Shown here piece after piece: positions 44,359-54,167 of a stretch of DNA of 64,000 bases (its first letter is position 1; every line of letters starts with the position of its first letter). The position numbers were made by a program, and so were the translations under genes. The DNA is taken from IMG/VR virus record IMGVR_UViG_3300025674_000014; one strand, written 5' to 3'. The notes below the pieces were generated by a model. That model made no database searches. It worked only from the letters and a program-made list of their open reading frames with translations, and had not been told where the DNA came from. The DNA is from a virus (Duplodnaviria > Caudoviricetes).

Positions 44359-45420
44359 GTGAAGCATATCTACTTTAAACAACCTAAAATATGTTGTGTA
44401 TCCGATATTCATCTTGGTGTACATCAAAATAATAGCAATTGGCATAAAGTTTTGTTAGATTGGGCTAATTGGTTAGACAAAGAACTAAAGTCTAATAATA
44501 TTCAAGATATAATGATATGCGGTGATTTGTTTCATTATAGAGATGAAATTGCAGTTAATAGTCTTCATGTTGCAAATGAACTGTTTGATATATTACAATC
44601 ATATAATATTGTAATGATAACAGGTAATCATGATTGTTATTACAAAGATAACAGTTTGGTTAATTCATTGTCTATTCTTAAAGGTAGACCTAATATTAGA
44701 ATTATAGACAAACCCGAAACAGTTGAAATATTCGATAAAACCGTTAGCTTTTGTCCGTGGGGTACTAAAATTAATGAACTTAAACGTAATATTGATATAG
44801 TATTTGGTCATTTTGAGTTTGTTGATTTTAAGATGAATAATTTCAAGGTTTGTGATCATGGTGATACACCTGAAGATATTCTTAAGAAAGGTAAAAAGGT
44901 TATAACTGGTCATTTTCATCTTAGAGATCACCGAAAGTTTGGTACCGGTGAAATTTTATATCTTGGTAACCCGTTTCAGATGGATTTTGGTGATGCTGGT
45001 AGTACTAAAGGTTGGTATGAATTAGACTTTAACACCAGTGAAACAACATTTCATCAAAATAAACTATCTCCAGTTCATATAAAATTACCTTTGAGTGAAC
45101 TTATCAAGTATGATGGTATAACTGATGAACTTAAAAAACTTTTAAAAGGTAATATTGTAAGATTAGTTGTAGATAAAAATGTTGAACCAGATGATTTGGA
45201 TATTATAACAATGTCAATAAACAGTTTGAAACCGTTTATGTTCAATCTGGATTACGACATTAATTTTAATAAATTTTCAGTAGAAGGTGATGTTGGTTAC
45301 GAGTATTCGGGCGTTGATTATGAAACAGCTATAACTGAGTTTGTTAACATGTTAGATATCAATAATAAATCTGAAGTAATACAATACACCATTGAGTTAT
45401 ATAAATCATGCAAAATTTAG
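44359..45420 (+). CDS. 47: recombination endonuclease gp47 (Mre11/SbcD-like)
   Basis: SDIHLG, CGDLFH, GNHD, GHFE, TGHFH, YLGNP....FGD. Confidence 0.9.
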   Translation: MKHIYFKQPKICCVSDIHLGVHQNNSNWHKVLLDWANWLDKELKSNNIQDIMICGDLFHYRDEIAVNSLHVANELFDILQSYNIVMITGNHDCYYKDNSLVNSLSILKGRPNIRIIDKPETVEIFDKTVSFCPWGTKINELKRNIDIVFGHFEFVDFKMNNFKVCDHGDTPEDILKKGKKVITGHFHLRDHRKFGTGEILYLGNPFQMDFGDAGSTKGWYELDFNTSETTFHQNKLSPVHIKLPLSELIKYDGITDELKKLLKGNIVRLVVDKNVEPDDLDIITMSINSLKPFMFNLDYDINFNKFSVEGDVGYEYSGVDYETAITEFVNMLDINNKSEVIQYTIELYKSCKI

Positions 45421-46190
45421 GAATAGTTTTATACACCCAAGGCAATAACAAACGTAATCTAAAAAATTGTCTTAAGTCTTTAACCAATTTTAAAGATAAA
45501 GTAATCGTAGTATGTGATGGTACATTGCCTAGTATTGATGAACTTGAAGGGTTTGAAACCAAAGAATATAAAAGTACCATTTTTGCATCTGGTTGTTATA
45601 ATTACGGGTTAAGACATTTGCTTAACAAAGGTGTAGAACATTTCTTTATCGTAAATGACAATGTAATGGTCTTAGAGGATAAGTTGTTTGATGATTATAT
45701 CAATGTTAATAGTCAAACTAAGATAGGTTTCATGGCAAGTAGTACTGAAAGTGATGACCCGTACGGTAAAGGTAAAAATAATAAACTTACTTTAGAATTA
45801 AAAGAAGGTTATCAATTGTTACTCAACAAAGGATTTAATGGATACCTTTTATATCTTACTAGAGAAACTATTAAGAAGGTAGGTTTCTTTGATGAACGTT
45901 ATAAAGGTGCTTTCGAAGGTTCCGATTATTATAAACGTGCTTCTGATAAAGGTGTAACTTCATATTTTGGTTGGTTTGCTGATGTGAAAGGTTCATCAAA
46001 CAATATTCTATATCAAACTAATAGACCTGATAGTATTCACCCCGTGTTTAATTCTGATACTGTTGAAGATAGAATTATTAAAAGTATGAAAGTGTTTAAC
46101 CTCAAGTTTAAAACACAACCACAAAATCTTTTCGAGATTTATTCACAAAAAGACGTCGTACAAAAACTAAAAAATTTATCGAGTAGATAA
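45408..46190 (+). CDS. GT2-like glycosyltransferase
   Basis: IVVCDG, YN.GLR.L, FF.VNDN, KVGFFDE.Y....E..DY..RA. Confidence 0.65.
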   Translation: MQNLGIVLYTQGNNKRNLKNCLKSLTNFKDKVIVVCDGTLPSIDELEGFETKEYKSTIFASGCYNYGLRHLLNKGVEHFFIVNDNVMVLEDKLFDDYINVNSQTKIGFMASSTESDDPYGKGKNNKLTLELKEGYQLLLNKGFNGYLLYLTRETIKKVGFFDERYKGAFEGSDYYKRASDKGVTSYFGWFADVKGSSNNILYQTNRPDSIHPVFNSDTVEDRIIKSMKVFNLKFKTQPQNLFEIYSQKDVVQKLKNLSSR

Positions 46191-46218
46191 TCATAGAAGT
46201 TACATATAATCATATTAT

Positions 46219-48021
46219 ATGAAGCAAATTATCTTCAACGATATTGAGATAAAAAACTTTCTTTCTGCTGGTTCGGACCCTATTAAGGTTGATTTTAAAA
46301 AGGGCTTTCATGTTATTACCGGTCTTAATAAAGATAAACAAGATCGTCGTAACGGGGTGGGTAAAAGTACTATAGCAGATTCAATTAACTTTGCTATTTT
46401 TGGTTCAACTTTACGTGAACTTAAAAAGGAACTCATTCAAAATAACCTTACTAATGAAACGTGTTCGGTTAAGTTAGATTTTAACGTAAAGTCTCCTAGA
46501 GGTAATGATAATTTTCTTATACATAGGACTTTAGGACCTAATAAATGTTATATCTTTAAGAACGGTGACGACGTAACTCGTGATTCTATAATTAACACAA
46601 ACGAATACATTCAAGATGTAATTAATTGTACTGAAGAAGTGTTTCAGAACTGCGTTATTATGACTCTTAATAATACTATACCTTTCATGGCTAAAAAGAA
46701 GGTAGAAAAGAGAAAGTTTATTGAAGGTATATTCAATCTTGGAGTGTTTAGTGAAATGATATCTAATTTACGCTCTGATTATAATGAAACTAAAAAGGTA
46801 TTTGATATTGATTCTACTGTATTTACCGAAACTGATAATTCTCTTAAGAGTTATAGGGAACAACATACTAATATTATCAAAGAACGTAAAGAAAAGCTTG
46901 AACGCTATAAACAACGTGAAGAAAACAATAAAAGGGAGTTACTTGATATCAAAAGTAAATTAACTGATGTTAGTCAAGAGGTAATTGAAAAGAATAATAA
47001 GTTTATTGAAGCATTAAAAAATAAACTACCTGAACAATCTGATAAAAGAGATGATTTACTTAAAAAAATTACTATAGTTGATGTACAAAATGAACAAATA
47101 GAAAAAACTATTAGTAATATTGGTACAGATAAAGATACTTGCCCTGTTTGTTTACATTCTATTAATAATGATGATAGAGATCATATAGAAAAAGAAAAAC
47201 AAAAGTTAAAAGATAAAATAAAAAGTAATTTAGAAATAAAAGACAAGATTGAAGGTGTAATTTTTGTAACTGAAGGCAATATTAAAAAGATAAACGATGT
47301 AATCTATCAACTTAATGAAAAGAACAAAGTTATAGTTCAGCAAATTAACAGTCAAACCCTTCTTAAAGAGAAAGCTAAACAGTTAGTTGAGTGGCAAGGT
47401 CAGTTAAAGTTAGATATTAAGGAACTAAAAAGTACTGATACTGGTCTTGATAAGGTTATTCAAGAGTATGAAGCTAAACTTGATAAAGTTAAGGCTACAC
47501 TAGACACTACTAAGAATAAAATTAACATGCTTGACGTGGTTAAGTATGTAGTTTCAGAAGAAGGTGTAAAATCCTATATTGTTAAAAAGATGTTAACCTT
47601 ATTCAATAGTAGATTAGCTCATTATCTTAAGAAGATGGATAGTAATTGTGTTTGCATCTTTAATGAGTACTTTGAAGAACAAATTATTAATGAAAAAGGT
47701 AAAATATGTTCATACTTCAATTTTAGTGGAGCCGAACGTAAAAATATTGACTTAGCATGTTTGTTTGCTTTCATGGATATTCGTCGTTTACAAGGTGATG
47801 TTACGTACAACTTTAGTATGTATGATGAGTTGTTTGATAGTAGTCTTGATGAACGTGGCGTTGAGTTAGTTATTAATATTCTTAAGGAACGAGTTGAACA
47901 GTACAATGAATGTGTAATGGTTATTAGTCATCGTAAGGAAAGTGTTAAAGCAGCTCAAGGTGATGTTATTTATCTAGAAAAAGTTAATGGTATCACTAGA
48001 AGAGTTCAATATTCAGAGTAA
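46219..48021 (+). CDS. 46: recombination ATPase gp46 (Rad50/SbcC-like)
   Basis: KNFLS.G, NGVGKST, coiled coil with CPVC hook, FSGAE, DELFDSSLD, SH. Confidence 0.92.
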   Translation: MKQIIFNDIEIKNFLSAGSDPIKVDFKKGFHVITGLNKDKQDRRNGVGKSTIADSINFAIFGSTLRELKKELIQNNLTNETCSVKLDFNVKSPRGNDNFLIHRTLGPNKCYIFKNGDDVTRDSIINTNEYIQDVINCTEEVFQNCVIMTLNNTIPFMAKKKVEKRKFIEGIFNLGVFSEMISNLRSDYNETKKVFDIDSTVFTETDNSLKSYREQHTNIIKERKEKLERYKQREENNKRELLDIKSKLTDVSQEVIEKNNKFIEALKNKLPEQSDKRDDLLKKITIVDVQNEQIEKTISNIGTDKDTCPVCLHSINNDDRDHIEKEKQKLKDKIKSNLEIKDKIEGVIFVTEGNIKKINDVIYQLNEKNKVIVQQINSQTLLKEKAKQLVEWQGQLKLDIKELKSTDTGLDKVIQEYEAKLDKVKATLDTTKNKINMLDVVKYVVSEEGVKSYIVKKMLTLFNSRLAHYLKKMDSNCVCIFNEYFEEQIINEKGKICSYFNFSGAERKNIDLACLFAFMDIRRLQGDVTYNFSMYDELFDSSLDERGVELVINILKERVEQYNECVMVISHRKESVKAAQGDVIYLEKVNGITRRVQYSE

Positions 48022-48024
48022 ATA
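48019..48024 (+). promoter_or_regulatory. gp55-type late promoter (GT4-like gene)
   Basis: TAAATA using gene 46 stop codon, ATG 6 nt later. Confidence 0.6.
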
Positions 48025-48030
48025 ACTTTA

Positions 48031-49248
48031 ATGTTTATACCAATTAATCATGGTAATCCTTATGGGTCTAATCCTTTTGGTAACCCTTTTGGGAACGCAG
48101 GGTTTAAACAACCTAATCAAGAACAAAAACAACAACGGCCTCAAGATCAGGCTAGGATGCCTCGTTTTCTTAACTATGTAGCTGATTATGGTGGTTGTGG
48201 TTACTGGAGATGTATATGGCCTGAGTATCTTCTTAATGCCGACGGTAGGTGTATGGTACATACATCAACTGTTATGGTTACAGATCCTAATTATTATAAA
48301 GGACTTACAGCAGTTAAGTTTCAAAGACAAGCTGCACCTCATCAAAAACAATTTATTGAATTTATTAGTAAACTTTCTAAAGAATTTAACTTCAGGGTTA
48401 TCTATGAAATTGATGATATACCATTTAGAGAAGATATCCCTGATTACAATAAACATAAACACGCTTTTACTAGTGATGAAATAAGGAACAATATTCAATC
48501 TATTATGGAAACTTGTGGTAACATGTCTGTTACATGTAAGTTCATGAAAGATTATTTTGCATCTAAATTAGACCCATCAGTTGAAATAGATGTTATACCT
48601 AATTTTATTCCTAAGTTTTGGATTGGTAACTACTACTATAGGGAAAAGATTGAAGAGGATTATGAACGTAATAAGAAACGTCCTCGTATTTGCTGGGCTG
48701 GTTCTGGTGCTCATATTGACGTAGAAAGAAGAATAAAAGGTAAAGACGACTTCTATCATATTAATGAAGTTGTAAGAAAAACTGTTGATGATTTTAAATG
48801 GGTATTCTTTGGTGGTATTTCTCAAGAATTATCTGATTTAGCAAGATCTGGTAAAGTTGAATTCATACCTTGGGCTAAATTATATAATTACCCTGAAAAG
48901 CTATTCACATCTAACATTAATATGTTTATTGCTCCTTTGTCAGATAATAATTTTAACAAAGCTAAGAGCGATCTAAAGTATATTGAAGCTAGTGCTCTTG
49001 GTATCCCTATTGCATGTCAGGATATTTGTACATATGAGGATGCTCCAATTAAGTTCAAGACTGGAGATGAAATGATTGATCGGATAAAAGAGGTACTTGG
49101 GGATGAAAGACGGTATATTAAAGAGTCGGTCAATGGTCGTAATGTAGCAGAATCCAGATTCTTAGAAACTGAAGAGAATCTATATCAATATTATGACAAT
49201 TATATGTACGGTAGGAGTGATTCACGCCGTAAATATCTTACTACTTGA
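48031..49248 (+). CDS. GT-B (GT4-like) glycosyltransferase
   Basis: GCGYWR..WP, YEIDD, IPNF.P, ICWAGS..H, APL.DN.FN.AKSDLK.IE. Confidence 0.7.
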   Translation: MFIPINHGNPYGSNPFGNPFGNAGFKQPNQEQKQQRPQDQARMPRFLNYVADYGGCGYWRCIWPEYLLNADGRCMVHTSTVMVTDPNYYKGLTAVKFQRQAAPHQKQFIEFISKLSKEFNFRVIYEIDDIPFREDIPDYNKHKHAFTSDEIRNNIQSIMETCGNMSVTCKFMKDYFASKLDPSVEIDVIPNFIPKFWIGNYYYREKIEEDYERNKKRPRICWAGSGAHIDVERRIKGKDDFYHINEVVRKTVDDFKWVFFGGISQELSDLARSGKVEFIPWAKLYNYPEKLFTSNINMFIAPLSDNNFNKAKSDLKYIEASALGIPIACQDICTYEDAPIKFKTGDEMIDRIKEVLGDERRYIKESVNGRNVAESRFLETEENLYQYYDNYMYGRSDSRRKYLTT

Positions 49249-49272
49249 TGATATATAGATTGTTCATATACT
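49245..49272 (+). promoter_or_regulatory. early/middle-type promoter for DNA polymerase
   Basis: TTGATG-N16-TATACT, ATG 6 nt later. Confidence 0.8.
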
Positions 49273-49278
49273 ATTTGT

Positions 49279-51867
49279 ATGTATAGAAATGTAGTGTATG
49301 AATCTGTTAAGGAACAAATGCGGTTGTTTACCTGGGACGAGGATGGTAACCGTATTCAAGTTACTCAAAGCTACAATCCATATCTTTATATTGAACCTAA
49401 GGATAATAGACATAAGAATGCTGAGTCTATCTACAAAACCCCTTTACGTAAACTAATATTCAAACGTGGTTCTGATCGTCGACGTTTTATCAAACAGAAT
49501 AACGTTAAGAGGTTGTTTGAAAACCTACCTGAAAAGCAACAGTTCTTATTAGATAACTTCTGGCAAGTAAATGAAACTTCAGACTTTACTAAGAATGAGA
49601 TCAAGATGTTATTGCTTGATATCGAGACTTATTCACCAGATAGCTTTCCTAATATCGAAAATGCTAATCACCCGATTAACGTTATTACCGTTTATGATAA
49701 TCTTGAGAAACGGTTTTATACCTGGGGTACTAAACCATATAACGGTAAAGGTAGGCCTGATCTTGAGTACAAATACTGTGTAAGTGAACGTCAACTGTTT
49801 ACTGAGTTTCTTAACTACCTTGAGAAAGACTATCCTGATATTCTAAGTGGTTGGAACTCTGAGTTCTTCGATATTCCATATATTATCAAACGTTGTGAAC
49901 GTATTATGGGTGAGGAAGAGATGAAAAGACTATCACCGGTGGGTAACGTTCATTATAGAAGTATTCAAGGTCAGTTCGGTAGACAACAAATCAAATGGTA
50001 CATTGATGGTATTGCATTGCTTGATTACTTGGACGTGTATCGTAAGTTTGCTCCATTGCGTGAGTCATATAAACTTGATGCAATTGGTGAACTTGAGTTA
50101 AATGAACGTAAGGTTGGGTTTGAAGGCATGGACCTTGCAACGTTATCTGATGTTGATTGGGACAAGTTTATTGATTACAACATTCAGGACGTAAACATTC
50201 TTGTTAAACTTGAAGAAAAGTTACAATACATTGGTTTGGTACGTATGTTAGCTTACGTTGGTTGTACTACCTTTGATGCTGCAATGGGTGCACTATCAGT
50301 AATCAATGGTGCGTTTTGTATTCGTGCTAGACATCGTAAGCAAGTCATTCCTACTTTTATTCGTGGTGAAGATACCGGTAAGAACCCAGGTGCATATGTT
50401 GGTGAACCTCAACAAGGGTTTCAAAACTATGTACTATCCTTTGACGCTAATAGTCTATACCCGAATGTGATGATTACCCTTAACTTATCACCAGAAACTA
50501 AGATTGGTAAGATCTTAGAAAAAACTGATGACATGATAGTTATGGAACTAGTTAACGGTAAAGTTAAAGAATACTCAATACCGGTGTTTAGTAAAATGAT
50601 TAAGGAACATAATCTTACAATCAGTAAAGCTAACATTGTATTCCATCAGAAAGAAATGGGTCTTATTCCTGAAATTGTTGATTACTATTATCATAAACGT
50701 AAAGGATTTAAAGATGAGTATGTTGACTTGAAGAAGCAGCATGCTGCTATGAAAAAGTCAGACCCAGACTATGATAAAGTCGGGGTTGAACTACAACGTG
50801 CTGGTACTAAACAATTAACAGTAAAGATTCTAATCAATTCGATTTATGGATACTTTGGTAACAAGAACGCTCCTATTGGTGATGACGATATTGCATCATC
50901 AGTTACATTGAGTGGTCAAGCAGTGATTAAACAAAGTAACGTAATCATTAGAGACTTTATCAAACTAAAGACAGGACTAACTGATGAAGATCTTAAGAAG
51001 AAAGACCCTATTATTTACAACGACACGGATTCATCATATGCCTCGATTGAGTTACTTATCAAACATCTGGGACTTACCTTCAAAAATGAAAAAGGAGAAG
51101 TACATGAGGACATTTATAAACTTGAAGATGAGTTGGTTGGATACCTGAATAAGGAAATCATGATATGGGGTAAGAAGACGTTCAATAGTAAAGACTGTAG
51201 ATTCGTTTTCAAGCGTGAGTGTATTGGTGAAGTTGGTATCTTCTTACAGAAAAAACGTTACGTTCTAAACATCCTTGATGATGAAGGTGCAAAGGTTAAC
51301 AAGACGAAATACACTGGGGTAGAAGTTGTTAGAACTACCTTGCCTAACTCGTTGAAACCGTATATGAAAAACGTTATTGAGATCATGCTTAGTACCCAGG
51401 ATTATCAAAAGACTAATGAAGCAATGAAAATCGTGTATGATAAGTTTAAGGAACTAAGTATATCAGAAATTGCATCTGTCATGGGCATTAAGGGATATGA
51501 AAAGTATGCTGCTCAATGTAACGGTATGAGTGTTGTAAAAGGTATGCCTATACATTGTAAGGCTGCCTATTACTATAATAACTTACTTAAAGCTAATAAA
51601 CTTGGTAAGAAGTATGAATCAATCGGTTCTGGCGACAAGGTTAGGTTCTTTTATGTAAAGAAACCAAATAAGTACAACATCGATAGTATCGCGTTTAAGT
51701 ATGAGTGGCCTGAAGAGTTTGATAAGTTCTTTAAACCTGATTATGATAAGATTTTTGAGAAGTTAATCTTTCAACCTATCGAACGTTTTTATCAAGCAGT
51801 TAGTTGGAAGTGTTATTTACCTAATCAAGCAGTGCAGTGTGATTTGTTTAGTCTATTAGGAGAATAA
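49279..51867 (+). CDS. 43: family B DNA polymerase gp43
   Basis: DIET, GWNSEFFDIPY, YNIQDV, SFDANSLYP, K.LINS.YG, YNDTDS, KKRY. Confidence 0.97.
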   Translation: MYRNVVYESVKEQMRLFTWDEDGNRIQVTQSYNPYLYIEPKDNRHKNAESIYKTPLRKLIFKRGSDRRRFIKQNNVKRLFENLPEKQQFLLDNFWQVNETSDFTKNEIKMLLLDIETYSPDSFPNIENANHPINVITVYDNLEKRFYTWGTKPYNGKGRPDLEYKYCVSERQLFTEFLNYLEKDYPDILSGWNSEFFDIPYIIKRCERIMGEEEMKRLSPVGNVHYRSIQGQFGRQQIKWYIDGIALLDYLDVYRKFAPLRESYKLDAIGELELNERKVGFEGMDLATLSDVDWDKFIDYNIQDVNILVKLEEKLQYIGLVRMLAYVGCTTFDAAMGALSVINGAFCIRARHRKQVIPTFIRGEDTGKNPGAYVGEPQQGFQNYVLSFDANSLYPNVMITLNLSPETKIGKILEKTDDMIVMELVNGKVKEYSIPVFSKMIKEHNLTISKANIVFHQKEMGLIPEIVDYYYHKRKGFKDEYVDLKKQHAAMKKSDPDYDKVGVELQRAGTKQLTVKILINSIYGYFGNKNAPIGDDDIASSVTLSGQAVIKQSNVIIRDFIKLKTGLTDEDLKKKDPIIYNDTDSSYASIELLIKHLGLTFKNEKGEVHEDIYKLEDELVGYLNKEIMIWGKKTFNSKDCRFVFKRECIGEVGIFLQKKRYVLNILDDEGAKVNKTKYTGVEVVRTTLPNSLKPYMKNVIEIMLSTQDYQKTNEAMKIVYDKFKELSISEIASVMGIKGYEKYAAQCNGMSVVKGMPIHCKAAYYYNNLLKANKLGKKYESIGSGDKVRFFYVKKPNKYNIDSIAFKYEWPEEFDKFFKPDYDKIFEKLIFQPIERFYQAVSWKCYLPNQAVQCDLFSLLGE

Positions 51868-51868
51868 A

Positions 51869-52618
51869 ATGAATAGAAAAGGTATAATTTTAGCAGGTGG
51901 TAAAGGTACAAGACTTTACCCATTAACATACGGAACTACAAAAGCGTTATTACCGGTTTATGATAAACCGTTGATATATTACCCTATATCCACGTTGTTA
52001 AGCTTTGGTATTAATGAAATTTTAATTATAGGACCCACCTCTACACATCTAGAGCATATGGTAGAAGCTACTTACCCAATTAAAGATGTAACATTTAAGT
52101 ATGAGTTACAACCAGAACCTAAAGGATTAAGTGATGCATTTATTGTTGGTGAAAAGTTTATAGGTGATTCTAATGTAACATTAATACTTGGGGATAATAT
52201 ATTTGATGGTGTTTTTCCAACATTAAATCATAATAATACTATATATGGTGTTAAAGTTAAAGACCCTAAAGCATATGGTGTGTTAGATATCGACAATAAT
52301 TTAGGAATGGTTAAACGTATAGTCGAAAAACCCGAACACCCACCTTCAGATAAAGCAGTACCCGGTTTATATCATTTTGACAATACGTGTGTTGAAAAAG
52401 CTAAACAAGTTAAACCTTCTGCAAGAGGTGAAATAGAAATAACTGATCTAATAAACATGTATATTAATGAAGGTAAATTAACCGTTTCAATATTACCTGA
52501 TGATATGGCTTGGTTTGATTGTGGTACCCATGATCATCTTTTAGAAGCCGGTAATTACGTAAAAGCTATTCAAAATAGAACAGCTAGAGTGGTTGGAAAT
52601 ACTCAGATAATTTGTTAA
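51869..52618 (+). CDS. rmlA: glucose-1-phosphate thymidylyltransferase
   Basis: GIILAGGKGTRLYPLT, LLPVYDKPLIYYP, Q.EPKGL, LGDN, SARGE.EITD, WFDCGT. Confidence 0.9.
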   Translation: MNRKGIILAGGKGTRLYPLTYGTTKALLPVYDKPLIYYPISTLLSFGINEILIIGPTSTHLEHMVEATYPIKDVTFKYELQPEPKGLSDAFIVGEKFIGDSNVTLILGDNIFDGVFPTLNHNNTIYGVKVKDPKAYGVLDIDNNLGMVKRIVEKPEHPPSDKAVPGLYHFDNTCVEKAKQVKPSARGEIEITDLINMYINEGKLTVSILPDDMAWFDCGTHDHLLEAGNYVKAIQNRTARVVGNTQIIC

Positions 52619-52621
52619 TAT
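52594..52621 (+). promoter_or_regulatory. early/middle-type promoter for ORF 52628
   Basis: TGGAAA-N16-TAATAT, ATG 6 nt later. Confidence 0.65.
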
Positions 52622-52627
52622 AGTTAT

Positions 52628-52996
52628 ATGGCAGACAGTAAACTTAAAATTATTATCGATCAGGTAGGTCGCACTATTATTGGTGAAATCGTTGAAGATA
52701 ACGACACCGCTTATGTTCTTAAGAATGCAGCAACTATTTACGTGCAACCTAATGAATCGGGTCAGCTTCAAGTTCAAACAATTCCTCTATTCTTTAAAGA
52801 ATTTATTACTGAGGAAGGTCGTGAAAATGGAGTTCAATTCACGTTCAATAAAGCTACCGTTACCGATACTACTGCAGCTGACATCCTTGACGATAAGTTA
52901 GTTAATCAGTATCAAAAGATTGTTGATAATCTTGCATCACCAAGTGAGCCTGCTGCAGCACCAGAAGGTGATGTAGTTAAGCTATTTGATGAATAA
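52628..52996 (+). CDS. hypothetical protein (Sm-like fold possible)
   Basis: 122 aa; followed by strong terminator. Confidence 0.55.
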   Translation: MADSKLKIIIDQVGRTIIGEIVEDNDTAYVLKNAATIYVQPNESGQLQVQTIPLFFKEFITEEGRENGVQFTFNKATVTDTTAADILDDKLVNQYQKIVDNLASPSEPAAAPEGDVVKLFDE

Positions 52997-53010
52997 AAAA
53001 ATATTTTTTT

Positions 53011-53033
53011 AAGCCCCGAAAGGGGCTTTTTTT
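53011..53033 (+). terminator. rho-independent terminator (GAAA loop)
   Basis: aagcccc-gaaa-ggggc-ttttttt. Confidence 0.92.
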
Positions 53034-53038
53034 GTGTC

Positions 53039-53066
53039 TTGATATAATTAGGTTATATCTTATTAT
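53039..53066 (+). promoter_or_regulatory. early/middle-type promoter for uvsX
   Basis: TTGATA-N16-TATTAT, ATG 6 nt later. Confidence 0.8.
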
Positions 53067-53072
53067 AGGTTT

Positions 53073-54161
53073 ATGGCTAAAAAAGATGAATTAAATGATG
53101 TATTTGCAAGTTTAGATAAACTTAACCCTGAAGCTACTTACCTTAAAGATAATGCACTTTCAAATGTTGATACTTGGTATGATACCGGTTGTTATGCACT
53201 AAATGCTATCCTAGGTGGTAGTTGTCGTGAGGGTGGGGTTCCTAAAGGTAGGTTAGTTGGGTTTTCTGGACCATCACAATCTGGTAAGACATTTATTATT
53301 AATAAGATTTTAGGTAATGCACAGAAACAAGGTATTCACCCTGTTATTTTTGATACCGAGTTTGCTGTAGATGCTGCTAGTACTGAAGGGGTTGGGCTAG
53401 ATGCTAGTAGAACTAAGTATGTACCTGTATATACTGTTGAACAATGTCGTAATCAGGTAGTTGCCCTTTTGGATTCTATTAAGGAAAAAGGTTTACAAGG
53501 TAAGTTTATTATTTCTATTGATTCATTAGGTAACCTTGCATCCCAAAAAGAAGTAGATGATGCTGCTAAAGATAAGTCTGCAATGGATATGGGTCTTAGA
53601 GCTAAACAGCTTAAGTCCATGATGCGTATTCTTACTTATAAGGCAGGTGCAGCTGGTTGTACCATTCTATTCAGTAATCATACCTATGACGATCCATCTG
53701 CTTTGATGCCTTCATTGATTAAGCAAGCAGCTGGTGGTAGTGGGCCACAGTATATGGCTTCCATTCTATGTCAGCTTGCTAAGAAAAATGAACGTCAAGA
53801 TGCAAGTAACGATGAAGACGAAATTCTACCTGAAGCTCGTAACTATTCTGGTACCACTCTAAGGTTTCTAACTACTAAGAATCGTTTTGTACCGCCTCTA
53901 CTACAGGCTGAGATTTATCTTAACTATAAATCAGGTCTTGATAGGTATAGTGGTGTTAAAGATATGGCTGTTAATCATGGTGTACTAACTCAAACAGGAT
54001 CAACCTTTCAGATTAACATTGATAGTGAAGATGGTAAACGTAAAGTAGGTGATAAAATCGGTTATTACAAGAATTGGCGTAAAGATGAAGATCTTTGGGA
54101 AAACTATATTATACCAGAATTGGATAAAAAGTTGAAATCCGCCTATAAGTACGGTAAATAG
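53073..54161 (+). CDS. uvsX: RecA-like recombinase UvsX
   Basis: DTG.YALNAILG, GPSQSGKT, FDTE, IDSLGNL, NHTY, GG.G..Y, KNR. Confidence 0.92.
   Translation: MAKKDELNDVFASLDKLNPEATYLKDNALSNVDTWYDTGCYALNAILGGSCREGGVPKGRLVGFSGPSQSGKTFIINKILGNAQKQGIHPVIFDTEFAVDAASTEGVGLDASRTKYVPVYTVEQCRNQVVALLDSIKEKGLQGKFIISIDSLGNLASQKEVDDAAKDKSAMDMGLRAKQLKSMMRILTYKAGAAGCTILFSNHTYDDPSALMPSLIKQAAGGSGPQYMASILCQLAKKNERQDASNDEDEILPEARNYSGTTLRFLTTKNRFVPPLLQAEIYLNYKSGLDRYSGVKDMAVNHGVLTQTGSTFQINIDSEDGKRKVGDKIGYYKNWRKDEDLWENYIIPELDKKLKSAYKYGK
54155..54160 (+). promoter_or_regulatory. gp55-type late promoter (carbamoyltransferase)
   Basis: TAAATA, ATG 7 nt later. Confidence 0.6.
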
Positions 54162-54167
54162 CCTTAT

